NCBI GenBank assembly: GCA_042408215.1
Contig: JAYFMW010000028.1
Coordinates: forward strand, 320,001-384,000
Direction of reading: 5' to 3'
Length of the DNA: 64,000 bases
Origin: Microcoleus sp.
GTDB taxonomy: Bacteria; Cyanobacteriota; Cyanobacteriia; Cyanobacteriales; Microcoleaceae
Part shown: one piece after another, positions 54,245 through 64,000 of the stretch
How positions within the stretch are numbered: the stretch's first letter is position 1
Layout of the letters: every line of letters starts with the position of its first letter
The notes under the pieces: model-generated
The model's input: the letters and a program-made list of their open reading frames with translations, nothing else
Databases searched by the model: none
What the model was told of the DNA's origin: nothing
Position numbers and translations under genes: made by a program

Positions 54245-55647
54245 CAAAAAAAATGGGCGGAGCGAAGCGCAGGGCTAAAGCCCCGTCCTTTTAGGACGGC
54301 TTTAATTTCAACCATAAAGCGTAAAGAATTGTGAAATAAGCATATTTTATGGGTGTAGTGATTTGTCAATGTGATACCATAATTGCATGATAGTAATAGA
54401 GTTCAAGTTGAAAGGCAAAACACAGCAATACCGGGTCATCGACGAAATGATCCGCACATCGCAATTTGTCCGAAATAAAACTCTTAAATACTGGATCGAC
54501 AATCAAGGAGTTAAACTATCCCACCTCTACAAACAATGCGCCATTATGGCAAAAGAGTTTGAATGGGCAGGCAAACTTAACTCGATGGCACGTCAAGCCT
54601 CGGCTGAACGTGCCATTTTTGCTATCCAACGTTTTTTCGCTAATTGTAAAGCTAAAAAACCCGAAAAAAAAGGCTACCCAGTATTCAAAAAACACACTCG
54701 TTCCGTAGAATACAAGACATCAGGATGGGCGCTTTATGCCGCTCAAAGATGCCTCACCTTTAAGGACGGTTTGGCTGCTGGGACGTTTAAATTAATTGGT
54801 AGTCGGGATTGGCATTTCTATGCGCCCGATGAGATTAAACGAGTTAGGGTTGTACGGCGTGCCGACGGCTATTTCGCTCAGTTTTGCATCAATGGGTCGC
54901 GGAGGGAGGGATCTATTCCAACTGGTAAAGCTATTGGAATAGATGTCGGATTAAACCATTTTTATACCGACAGCGATGGTAGCACAGTTCCCAACCCTCG
55001 ACATCTTCGCAAAAGCGAAAAAGCGTTGAAGAGGTTGCAGAAACGAGTTTCTCGAAAGAAGAAAGGTTCTAGCAATCGTAAAAAAGCGATTAACAAGTTG
55101 GGAAGGAAACACTTGAGGGTCAGCAGGCAGCCCATTCGAATACGCGAGCGGGTAAACTCCAAGACTTCGCCATAAAGACGGCGTTGTGCGCGGTAAAATC
55201 TAGCGATTTTGTAGCCTAGGTCGAGCTTCAGGTGAAGAATATGGTTAAGAACCACAAGCTTGCCAAATCAATTAGTGACGCAGCTTGGAATCAGTTTGCT
55301 GTCGGGCTGCAATACTTTGGGAAAGTGTACAGGAAAACAGTAATCGCTGTTGCTCCTCAGTACACTTCTCAAGATTGCTCAGTCTGTGGCAATACTGTTA
55401 AAAAATCGCTGTCAATTAGAACTCATGCTTGCGGCAGCGGTGCGGTATTAGATCGAGATCTTAACGCCGCGATCAACATTTTGGCTAAGGGATTGAAAGC
55501 CCGTGCAGGAATCACTTTAAATACGGTGGGGCACACCGAAATTAACGCTTGGGGACAGACCGATCTCTACTCGTTGGTGGCAGCATCAACCAGCAAATCG
55601 ACTGATTGAACCAAGAATCCTCGTGCCTTCAGGTCGAGGAGTGTCAA
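54245..55647 (+). mobile_element. tnpB: IS200/IS605 (IS1341-like) element with frameshifted tnpB pseudogene (54387-55609)
   Basis: GIDVGL RuvC-I, zinc ribbon, DRDLNAAINI; small insertion near 55130 and TAG near 55216; left-end hairpin near 54280, right end ...GAGTGTCAA. Confidence 0.92.
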
Positions 55648-55734
55648 AATATAATAAGGTGACAGTCATTAGTCAGCAGTTATCTGAAGGCAGTAATCAA
55701 CGATCGGCGGTTAATGACGGACAAATAAAGAATA

Positions 55735-57324
55735 ATGACAACGATAAAAATCGACATGAATGAAATTAGTCAAACGGTGCAACCAGAAGGAATGGTAAGG
55801 GCCGGAGTTCAAAAAATTCGCACCATGATAGAGGGCTTTGACGACATCAGTCATGGCGGGATGCCGATCGGCAGAACTACCTTAGTCAGCGGCACGTCGG
55901 GAACGGGAAAAACCTTATTTGCCGTACAATTCCTCTACAACGGAATCACCCATTTTGACGAAGCTGGAGTCTTCGTAACTTTTGAAGAATCTCCAACAGA
56001 TATTATTAAAAATGCTTGTAGTTTCGGCTGGGATTTAACCAAGTTAATTGATGAAGGTAAGCTGTTTATTTTAGACGCTTCCCCCGATCCTGAAGGTCAG
56101 GATATCGTGGGAAATTTTGATTTATCAGCCCTGATCGAACGAATTCAATACGCAATTCGCAAGTACAAAGCAAAGCGGGTTTCTATAGATTCGGTGACAG
56201 CAGTATTTCAGCAGTACGACGCTGCATCGGTGGTGCGACGAGAGATTTTTCGTTTAGTTGCTCGCCTCAAACAAGTAGGGGCAACTACAGTCATGACTAC
56301 CGAACGGGTGGAAGAATACGGCCCGGTGGCCCGGTTTGGAGTGGAGGAGTTTGTGTCGGACAACGTGGTGATTGTTCGCAACGTTTTGGAAGGAGAACGC
56401 CGCCGCCGGACTCTGGAAATTTTGAAGTTGCGAGGTACAACTCACATGAAAGGTGAGTATCCTTTTACCATTACTAATGACGGGATTAATATTTTTCCCT
56501 TGGGGGCGATGCGATTGACTCAAAGATCTTCTAATGTTCGGGTTTCTTCCGGGGACAAAACTCTCGACGAAATGTGCGGCGGCGGTTTCTTTAAGGACTC
56601 GATTATTTTGGCTACGGGTGCGACGGGAACTGGCAAAACGCTGTTGGTAAGCAAGTTTTTGGAGAATGCTTGCATGAATGGCGATCGGGCCATGCTGTTT
56701 GCTTATGAAGAGTCGCGGGCGCAGTTGTTCCGCAATGCTTATTCTTGGGGCATTGATTTTGAGGAAATGGAACATAAAGGTCTGTTAAAAATTCTTTGTA
56801 ATTACCCGGAATCTGCTGGTTTGGAAGACCATTTGCAAAATATTAAATCAGAAATTGCTGATTTTAAACCGTCTCGAATTGCGATCGATTCCCTGTCAGC
56901 TTTAGAACGGGGAGTTAGCAATAATTCATTCCGGCAATTTGTGATCGGGGTGACTGCTTTCGCCAAGCAGGAGGAAATTACAGGCTTTTTCACGAATACA
57001 AGCGATCAGTTTATGGGTTCTAATTCGATTACGGATTCCCATATTTCTACGATTACTGACACGATCATCATGCTTCAGTATGTGGAAATTCGAGGGGAAA
57101 TGTCGCGGGCAATTAATGTGTTTAAGATGCGCGGTTCCTGGCACGACAAGGGAATTCGGGAATACACTATTACTGATAAGGGGCCGGTAATTCGGGATTC
57201 TTTCCGCAGTTACGAACGGATTATCAGTGGTTGTCCGACTCGAATTACAATTAATGAGAAGAGTGAATTATCGCGGATTCTTAAGGGTGTGCAAGGTCAA
57301 GACAATGACGATGACGATATTTAA
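55735..57324 (+). CDS. kaiC: Circadian clock protein KaiC
   Basis: Two RecA-like domains (GTSGTGKT, GATGTGKT), DSHISTITD phosphosites. Confidence 0.98.
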   Translation: MTTIKIDMNEISQTVQPEGMVRAGVQKIRTMIEGFDDISHGGMPIGRTTLVSGTSGTGKTLFAVQFLYNGITHFDEAGVFVTFEESPTDIIKNACSFGWDLTKLIDEGKLFILDASPDPEGQDIVGNFDLSALIERIQYAIRKYKAKRVSIDSVTAVFQQYDAASVVRREIFRLVARLKQVGATTVMTTERVEEYGPVARFGVEEFVSDNVVIVRNVLEGERRRRTLEILKLRGTTHMKGEYPFTITNDGINIFPLGAMRLTQRSSNVRVSSGDKTLDEMCGGGFFKDSIILATGATGTGKTLLVSKFLENACMNGDRAMLFAYEESRAQLFRNAYSWGIDFEEMEHKGLLKILCNYPESAGLEDHLQNIKSEIADFKPSRIAIDSLSALERGVSNNSFRQFVIGVTAFAKQEEITGFFTNTSDQFMGSNSITDSHISTITDTIIMLQYVEIRGEMSRAINVFKMRGSWHDKGIREYTITDKGPVIRDSFRSYERIISGCPTRITINEKSELSRILKGVQGQDNDDDDI

Positions 57325-57483
57325 TAGACATCTCCAACAAATAATCTCAAGCTTTTTCTAGACTCGGGGGTGAAGTATTTGGCCGACAATGTATGTTTCT
57401 TTCTGCTTGTTTTATGTCCAAATGCTTCACCCCCCCCAGCAGAGGCGCTCCGGGCGGGAGCTTGGATTTTTCCCAGATGTCTA
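57325..57483. mobile_element. MITE with TAGACATCT...AGATGTCTA termini
   Basis: 9-bp terminal inverted repeat, internal GGGGTGAAG...CTTCACCCC palindrome. Confidence 0.7.
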
Positions 57484-57496
57484 AGAACAGAATACC

Positions 57497-57531
57497 AGAG
57501 CCCCGCAGCACTTTAAGTGCTGCGGGGCTCT
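57497..57531. terminator. Strong hairpin downstream of kaiC
   Basis: AGAGCCCCGCAGCACTT-T-AAGTGCTGCGGGGCTCT; no clear T-tail. Confidence 0.55.
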
Positions 57532-57687
57532 AGGGGATCAGACAGGGCGATCGGATTTTACGTTTAATTAGAGCGACCTACTTAATTAAGGGAAAAACGG
57601 GAGAAAAGAAGCGCTAACAGCACCTTGCTGTTACGCTTTCATAACTTAAACCCAGTCCTAGACTGAATTTACGATGATCTTTCTCAA

Positions 57688-57707
57688 CGAGCACGGAGGG
57701 GATTGAA
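57688..57707 (-). other. att site: displaced 3' end of tRNA-Arg(CCG)
   Basis: Minus strand TTCAATCCCCTCCGTGCTCG matches tRNA end TTCAAATCCCTCCGTGTTCA. Confidence 0.85.
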
Positions 57708-57863
57708 TTAGCGCTTAGTTCTCAATCGACGATTTTACGTCGTTATAGCCATTTTTTGTACCCACTCTGAAAGTCCTGTTTTGGATTTGAGCGAATACCG
57801 AGCGATTTGCTGTACGCTGTCTACAGCAAGCAAACTCGCCATTCTTATACTAGGGAGCGAAAG

Positions 57864-59297
57864 ATGAGCGAAAAATCTGAGCCAGTCACAGCAAGCGCCA
57901 CCGCTGACTACCTTGTTGGCTATGAGCGGATTTTGGACTACTTTAAACAAGCGCAAAAAGAATGCCCCAAAGGGGTAGGCCTAAAAAGAGACAGGAAAGC
58001 TAGCGGTGGTTACATAACCCTGCAATTCAAGTTAGGTAACAAGCGGGTCAACAAAACTTGTGGGTGCTACCTGACGATGCAAGGTATCACTGATGCTCTG
58101 AGGAAAGCTCATCTAGTTGCTAGTGCTTTACAATCCTTCTCTAGCGAGAGTCGATTTTTAGTCTGGTATGATGATGTTATTTTGAACAAAAATGTTATCA
58201 AAAATGATTTGATGACGTTTGGCGAGGCCATAGCAAAAGTAGAGAAAGAATACTGGGATGGGCGCACTAAACGCCGTCAGCAACGTGACAGGAGTAATGC
58301 TAGTCATCAAAACTCCTGGGGATGTGTTTACGGACAGTATTTTAAACTGTTGCCCGGTGAGGCTATTGTAAATTCGGTAGATATTCTGTCTATCATTCAC
58401 ACTAAAAAGCAAGGGACTAAATGCTTCAAGAACTGCTTGTGTGCAATGAAAAAACTAGCTGAGACTATTGGCGATACTGAGTTGTTGTGCAGGCTGAAAG
58501 AAATTGACGGTACGCAAACAGAATTCCGAGAAGACCTTCAAACTTTATCAGTCGATGACTTTTTGAAGCTTCGCAATCAGGTTCTCAGTGTTTCGGATGA
58601 CAAGCGATATCATTTGGAATCGCGCAAACGGTGGCTGTGGGTATTTTCAATGCAGATGGTGTATGGCTTTCGGGTTCACGAAGTTTTTGCTATTCAGAAC
58701 ATTGACCAACCTTTTAAGACAAAGGATGGTGTTGTTATTCCGGCACTGATTGAGCCAAACAATATAAGAATGATTGCCGTAGTCGGTGATAAGACACTAT
58801 TAGACACGACGACCAAAACTGGCTACCGACTGTGTGTACCAATGCTTCCCCCTACTCACACTGACTTGATAGAGTGTCTAGAAATTAAGGCGGGTAAATT
58901 GCCTGATATTGGAACACTATCAAGGAACCCGAAAACAATTGCTGGACTATATAGTGACCGTGCATCAAATATCTTAAGAAGATGGAACAAAGGTTTTACT
59001 CAATCTCATGCGTTACGTCACCTAGCTAATCTCAACGGTCAAATGGCGGGAATATCTCAGGAAATGAGAGCTAAAAGTTTGGGACATTCACCACAGATAA
59101 ATGAAACTGTTTACAAGCGTCGCGCTAGTACGAAAACAACGATTGATTTATTAACTCAGTCCACAACCGAAGCTATTCCTTTAGGTAGTGCAATTCTGGT
59201 GCTTAAACAGTTAGGTAGTGACGTGAAAAATATCAATTTGCTGGCCGCTATTTACGGCATTACGCCCGATGAAGTGATGGAGTTACTCACTGAATAA
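57864..59297 (+). CDS. Tyrosine recombinase / integrase
   Basis: Catalytic set YGFRVHE (R), TKTGYR (K), HALRH, LGH, VY; adjacent to tRNA. Confidence 0.88.
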   Translation: MSEKSEPVTASATADYLVGYERILDYFKQAQKECPKGVGLKRDRKASGGYITLQFKLGNKRVNKTCGCYLTMQGITDALRKAHLVASALQSFSSESRFLVWYDDVILNKNVIKNDLMTFGEAIAKVEKEYWDGRTKRRQQRDRSNASHQNSWGCVYGQYFKLLPGEAIVNSVDILSIIHTKKQGTKCFKNCLCAMKKLAETIGDTELLCRLKEIDGTQTEFREDLQTLSVDDFLKLRNQVLSVSDDKRYHLESRKRWLWVFSMQMVYGFRVHEVFAIQNIDQPFKTKDGVVIPALIEPNNIRMIAVVGDKTLLDTTTKTGYRLCVPMLPPTHTDLIECLEIKAGKLPDIGTLSRNPKTIAGLYSDRASNILRRWNKGFTQSHALRHLANLNGQMAGISQEMRAKSLGHSPQINETVYKRRASTKTTIDLLTQSTTEAIPLGSAILVLKQLGSDVKNINLLAAIYGITPDEVMELLTE

Positions 59298-59319
59298 TTA
59301 GACACAAAACTTTACAGTC

Positions 59320-59560
59320 CCCCTATTGACCAATTGCACGCCCGTAACGGCGACTTGGGGTTAGATGTGCAGATGTTGCAATCGGAGTTGGAGGCGGTCA
59401 AGAGCGATCGCCCTGAAGTTCAAGAATCCGTCCCGCAGATTTTCCTGAACCAGGCGGCCTACTCAACCAGTTGAGGACGCGGCGCAAAAAATCCAGGGCG
59501 GACTTGGCTGATATGGAAGTGGTTTTGGAAATACTCGGAACCGACGGGAGCGAAATTTGA
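59320..59560 (+). pseudogene. Frameshifted remnant of a small mobile-element protein
   Basis: Fragment LLNQLRTRRKKSRADLADMEVVLEILG without an intact start. Confidence 0.4.
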
Positions 59561-59626
59561 GCGGAAAATAAGAATATCGGTCATATAGTTAACCTGAAAC
59601 TCTTACACCATAAAAGCAATACAAAA

Positions 59627-59699
59627 TGAACACGGAGGGATTTGAACCCCCGACCCTCAGGACCGGAACCTGATGCTCTATCCACTGAGCTACGTGCCC
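59627..59699 (-). tRNA. trnR: tRNA-Arg (anticodon CCG)
   Basis: Cloverleaf GGGCACG TA GCTC AGTGGATA GAGC A TCAGG TTCCGGT CCTGA GGGTC GGGGG TTCAAAT CCCTC CGTGTTC A. Confidence 0.96.
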
Positions 59700-59711
59700 T
59701 CAACTTTTATG

Positions 59712-59720
59712 AGTATAGCA
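59712..59720 (-). promoter_or_regulatory. Extended -10 promoter of tRNA-Arg
   Basis: TGCTATACT about 12 nt upstream of the tRNA. Confidence 0.6.
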
Positions 59721-60064
59721 CGTCTTGCTGAAAATAGCTAGGACGATCGCAAATTCGATCGCCAGCCTCTGAACCCTTTGACTAATGGGGGCTCTACTCG
59801 CCCTTGGCCGATCGGTATTAGGTGTTTATGGACAGCAGACACGGCAAATTACACTTAAATTGTCAAAATCCTACAGAGATTTTCGATCAAATAATCAGCT
59901 GCAACATCGCCAATACTAGATTTATATTCGATCGGGCTTGAGTATGTACCGCTAATAGGGCTAAAGCAATTCGACTTGAGCTATGCGGCTGGCTTCGGGG
60001 TCCTATTTTCCTTCTTCTCGGCTGAAGAGTCTGCTAGACTAACTTAATAAAACCCTTAAACCTC

Positions 60065-60223
60065 ATGGTAGTTCAAGTTTTGGAAAAGCCGCCGCTGGGA
60101 GTTGTCCTGATAGTTCCCTTTGTCCTGCAAATTGTCGGCGCTGTGGGATTAGTCGGATATCTTTCTTTTAGGAACGGACAAAAAGCCGTCAATAACCTTG
60201 GGAGTCAGTTGATGAGCGAGGTT
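60065..60223 (+). pseudogene. N-terminal stub of a Cache-type membrane sensor, cut by IS630
   Basis: VLIVPFVLQIVGAVGLVGYLSFRNGQKAVNNL ends abruptly at TATACCA. Confidence 0.75.
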
Positions 60224-60812
60224 ATACCAATGCTCCAAAGTTATGCAACAGTAGCCAGGGCCGATCAAATATAATCCCATGCGGTTATAGATGCTATTGT
60301 TTCCATTGAAAATTATTCAATAAAAGTGCGAAGTTTTGCTTAAAGAGCATCTAAATTATCATGAATTCCGCAACTCAATTCTTGTTTTATATCAAATCCT
60401 ATCTTCATCGGAATAGTAAATTCGAGTTAACTGTTAACTGTCAACAGTTAACTGTTAACTGTTAACTGTCAACCGTCAACAATCACCTGACGGTGCAACC
60501 GGAATTGATATTATATAGTGCCACACTCTCTCAATCGGATTCAATTCCGGGCTGTATGGTGGTTGACAAATTAGTAAAACATCCAGCAGGTATTTTTCAG
60601 CTACTACTATGATGAAACCTACCACGATCCAATTGAACAACATTTAGATGTTCTGGATATTCAGATGCTAATTTTTTTCAGAATATTTGAAAACATAGAC
60701 CATCTAGATGTGAGAAATATAGCCAAAAACTTTCTCCTGTTTGTGGGGAAACTGCTCCAGATAAATAGTAAGCTTTAAAAATCCATTGAACTTTACCTAT
60801 TGGTTAGACTCC
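60223..60812 (-). mobile_element. Degenerate IS630-family transposase 3' half with nested MITE (60389-60511)
   Basis: Minus strand: GAVSPQTGESF, VVQLDRGRFH, PPYSPELNPIERVWHY, ASITAWDYI with stops; terminus TTGGTATA. Confidence 0.85.
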
Positions 60813-60814
60813 AA

Positions 60815-61519
60815 AACCAATTTATCAGTGTTGTCACCCAAGTTGAAGCCGCCCTAGCTAGCACTCCTGGGCCTTATTTCCTCGCTGAATTTGGCACTGC
60901 GGATGTGATCTTTACGCCCTACGTCGAACGGATGAATGCCAGTCTTTACTATTACAAAGGCTACTCGATGCGGGCAGAAAACCCGCGCTTTGCAGACTGG
61001 TTTGCGGGGATGGAAAGCCGCCCTACCTATCGCGGTACTCAAAGCGATTTTCATACTCATGTCCACGATTTACCGCCTCAAATGGGGGGCTGTTTTGAAA
61101 ACGGCGAACCGCAGATGTTACTCAATAAAGCTCGCGTGGATAATGGGCCTTGGGCTGGACTCCCGGATGTTATGTACCCAGAACCGGAAACCTCGCGCGC
61201 TGAAGCACTCCACCGCGTTATTAAGCATCATCGCAACATTATTAAAGTCAATCCTGCGGATGACAACTTATTTGATGAGGCTTTGCGTTGTGCTTTAACT
61301 TTGATGATGACTGATGAAGTTTGTACGCCTCCGGTTGGTTCTGATGGGGCTTTGCGGTATTTGCGCGATCGGGTGAATGTGCCCCGTGATATGTCGATTT
61401 ACGCGGCCAAGCGATTGAGGGAAGCGTTGGAGGAAACGGCGGCTTTGGTGGGTGATGGCCAAGGTGCTCCGATTCTGCTGAAGCATCGGCGAGATCAAGA
61501 TCCGGCTAATTTTGTGTAG
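60815..61519 (+). pseudogene. 5'-truncated second copy of the GST gene (45633-46832)
   Basis: Protein nearly identical from NQFISVV to DPANFV*; N-terminal CPYC domain absent. Confidence 0.9.
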
Positions 61520-61811
61520 TGTTAATCCGTAGGGTGCGTCGCTGCGAGATATTGGATATAATTTGCAGATTGACGGGTGGCGACGCACCCTAATTGCTAA
61601 TTGTGTGTAGTGTTAATCCGTAGGGTGCGTCGCTGCGAGATTTTGGATATAACTTGCAGATTATAGATGGCGACGCACCCTAATTGCTAATTTTGTGTAG
61701 TGTTAATCCGTAGGGTGCGTCGCTGCGAGATTTTGGATATAACTTGCAGATTATAGATGGCGACGCACCCCTAATTGCTAATTTTGTGTAGCGTTAATCC
61801 GTAGGGTGCGT
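61505..61811. repeat. Three and a third tandem ~91-bp units (GST end + REP doublet)
   Basis: GCTAATT.TGTGTAG recurs at 61505, 61596, 61686, 61777; single copy at 45561-45648. Confidence 0.92.
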
Positions 61812-64000
61812 AGTGACGGTATAGCGATCGCTTATTCCTTGGAGTGTGATATTTTCTTGTATAGCATCATGAGGAATCAAGACATATTGCCAAGATTTAC
61901 CACCACGATCGAGCATATAGTCTGAAGCATTTTGACACCATTGAACTGCGACATCTTTCTTAGCAAGCACTTGAGGATCGCTTATTTCATTTTTAGCTTT
62001 AGGTTCAAGCATATAGATAAAGTCTTCTGTTTCAGCAACAAAATCTGGTTGATATTCTAGATAATTACCGTGCCATTTGTAATAAAGCTGAAATTGTCCT
62101 TTTGCGGGTTTAAACCATTTGATTGCATCCCGTTCTAAAATCAGTGCTAGTATTCTTTCTGCTTCCGATTGAAATTTCTGTTCTCGATAGAGGCATTTGG
62201 AGAAACCTGTAAACAGATATTTGGACATATTGCTTTTGTCTCGTGGCGAAGATTGATAATCAAGGCAATTTTTAGCACTTGTAGTGTAGGCGCTATCTTT
62301 TAGGGCTGTAAAACCTTTACTGATTATAACTTCATAACCTGTTGTTTCTTCCCAGAAATTTGGCTGCATTTCGCTATGGACAAAATTGGCAATTTTCCTT
62401 TGGTAAAAGCGTAAAACTTTGTGTGTATTTTCTTCGGATAAGTAGGTCATAAAATGACTGATAACTTGATCCGCAAGGTCATAGAGTAAATCAGCGTGTT
62501 CGTCATAGGAAATATCATCGAAGTTGACTAAATTTTTGACAATATAGTTTTCTAGCCGTGATTCTTCAAAGTTTTCTTTGTTAATTCCCATATATTCAAC
62601 TTTATTCGTTGTTAGCGATTGAATATGTAATTCTTCTTGGGAGGGAACGGGATAGTTTAAGCCTGTGACATCTAGGGCAAAAGACCTGAAACCCGATCGC
62701 ACTTCCCCTTTAGGAATAACAAGAATTTTAGGAATATTGATGGTTTGCTGGATAACTAAATTCGTTGTTTTCGCAACGATAGCTTCAATATCTGGAGGTG
62801 CTATTATACCTTCAAGTTCCATTTGTGCGGGTTGATATTTTCTAGCTACGGCTTCGCGCACCCTTCCCTGAACTTTTGGGGATGCAAGATGGGCGGTGGT
62901 TGGGACTTCTTCGGGGCGGCTTTCAAGCTTTAGGATTTCTTGGTATGTAAGCTGTGCAATCTTTTGTTCTATAGGTGATTGAAATAGGGATTGTTGAATA
63001 TTTTGGGGTTCGGTTGCAGGTAAATTATCAGGTAAATTAATGGGTGGTTCGGTGTGAAGTCCTAGATTTTGGGCTAGTTGCGATCGCGAAATTACTGTTT
63101 GTGTCTTTTGCTGTAAGTCTTCATCTGTGAGGATAATTTGTTTCAGGCGGATTTGGGATTCTGGGCGCTTTGCTTCATCGACAATTTCTTGGAACTTGTC
63201 ATGGGCGACGATATTTAGGCGATCGACAATTTCTACACCTGTACGCATTCCATAGGGCAAACGCAAGCCCCGTCCAATAGATTGCTCGATCAGGATTTTA
63301 GAATTTGCGGCTCTCAGAGGGACAATTGTATAGAGGTTGGTGACATCCCAACCTTCTTTGAGCATATTTACATGGATAACTATTTCAGTAGGTTCATCGG
63401 TATGTTCTACTTTCAGCAATCGCTCTACCATTTCATCTTCTTGAGCGCCCGTTTTACTAGAATCAACTTGAATAACTTTATGTTTATAATTTCCTTCGGA
63501 AAATTCATCGGATTGAATGAGTTCCATGAGTTTTGAGGCGTGTTTAGTGTCACGGGCAATCACTAACACAAAGGGTTTAACAATTTGTTTTCCAGTTTGA
63601 ATAGCATAGGTTTCTAATTCAGCTTTAATATTTTCATGGAGATAGATGCCGTCTTCTAGTTTAAGACGCTCGATCGCCTCTGGTGACATTGACGCTGGGT
63701 TAAAGTCTTTGCGGGTAACGACTGCTGGATCTTTCACAAATCCATCGGTTATGGCACGTCCGAGGGGATAGTCATAGATGACATTTTTGAAAGCTACTGA
63801 ACCTTTATTGGTTTCGACAAAGGGTGTGGCGGTAAGTTCTAGCCCCATTAATGGTTTTAATTCATTAATAGCGCGAACTCCTGCTGATGCGCGATATCGG
63901 TGCGATTCATCCATGAGAATTACGAGGTCTTTTAATTGAGACAAGTAATCAAAATAGCTTTCGCCAATATATTCGGATAGTCGTTTAATTTTAGGGCTTT
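61794..64000 (-). CDS. Type III restriction enzyme Res-like subunit (SF2 helicase + PD-(D/E)xK nuclease), 5'-truncated by window edge
   Basis: DESHRY, LELTATP, MLKEGWDV, EQSIGRGLR, YQPDFVAE...LEPK. Confidence 0.88.
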   Translation of the reverse strand, partial: SPKIKRLSEYIGESYFDYLSQLKDLVILMDESHRYRASAGVRAINELKPLMGLELTATPFVETNKGSVAFKNVIYDYPLGRAITDGFVKDPAVVTRKDFNPASMSPEAIERLKLEDGIYLHENIKAELETYAIQTGKQIVKPFVLVIARDTKHASKLMELIQSDEFSEGNYKHKVIQVDSSKTGAQEDEMVERLLKVEHTDEPTEIVIHVNMLKEGWDVTNLYTIVPLRAANSKILIEQSIGRGLRLPYGMRTGVEIVDRLNIVAHDKFQEIVDEAKRPESQIRLKQIILTDEDLQQKTQTVISRSQLAQNLGLHTEPPINLPDNLPATEPQNIQQSLFQSPIEQKIAQLTYQEILKLESRPEEVPTTAHLASPKVQGRVREAVARKYQPAQMELEGIIAPPDIEAIVAKTTNLVIQQTINIPKILVIPKGEVRSGFRSFALDVTGLNYPVPSQEELHIQSLTTNKVEYMGINKENFEESRLENYIVKNLVNFDDISYDEHADLLYDLADQVISHFMTYLSEENTHKVLRFYQRKIANFVHSEMQPNFWEETTGYEVIISKGFTALKDSAYTTSAKNCLDYQSSPRDKSNMSKYLFTGFSKCLYREQKFQSEAERILALILERDAIKWFKPAKGQFQLYYKWHGNYLEYQPDFVAETEDFIYMLEPKAKNEISDPQVLAKKDVAVQWCQNASDYMLDRGGKSWQYVLIPHDAIQENITLQGISDRYTVTTHPTD

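Larger units (their letters stand above)
57688..59645. mobile_element. Minimal integrative element (~1.9 kb) in the tRNA-Arg(CCG) 3' end
   Basis: Direct-repeat att sites enclose an integrase and a decayed ORF. Confidence 0.8.

Noticed and set aside
53739..55609. tnpB ORFs as active nucleases or a Cas12-like system
   Set aside because: One is internally deleted, the other frameshifted with a stop near RuvC-II; no CRISPR array
60800..61519. Functional second GST
   Set aside because: Lacks the N-terminal CPYC domain; apparent TTG start lies in IS630 sequence

Overview
Chromosomal origin region of a filamentous cyanobacterium (Oscillatoriales, Microcoleus-like, inferred from abundant HIP1 GCGATCGC/CGATCG sites, heptamer STRR arrays and gene content). 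Core genes: sbtA/sbtB-like pair, gap1, ndhM, dnaA-oriC-dnaN, hhoA/B, def, a terD cluster, lysS, tkt, kaiA-kaiB-kaiC, tRNA-Arg(CCG) and many two-component genes, one with an ETR1-type ethylene-binding domain. Intergenic DNA is saturated with heptamer arrays, REP/REPIN palindromes and at least five MITE families. Most notable: (i) three ORF-less IS200/IS605 mini-elements, each with left end, extended -10 promoter, 180-290 nt non-coding body and right end (candidate stand-alone TnpB omega-RNA cassettes; one right end matches the local tnpB element at all but one base); (ii) an integrase-only 1.9-kb island whose insertion appears to have rewritten the tRNA-Arg(CCG) acceptor end to G3.U70/A73, the alanine identity set; (iii) two tandem decayed tnpB elements separating kaiB from kaiC; (iv) an inverted, synonymously diverged second copy of a GST 3' arm joined to an IS630 remnant and a type III restriction-like gene. 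No CRISPR array or rRNA was seen. All calls are from reading the sequence; no searches were run.
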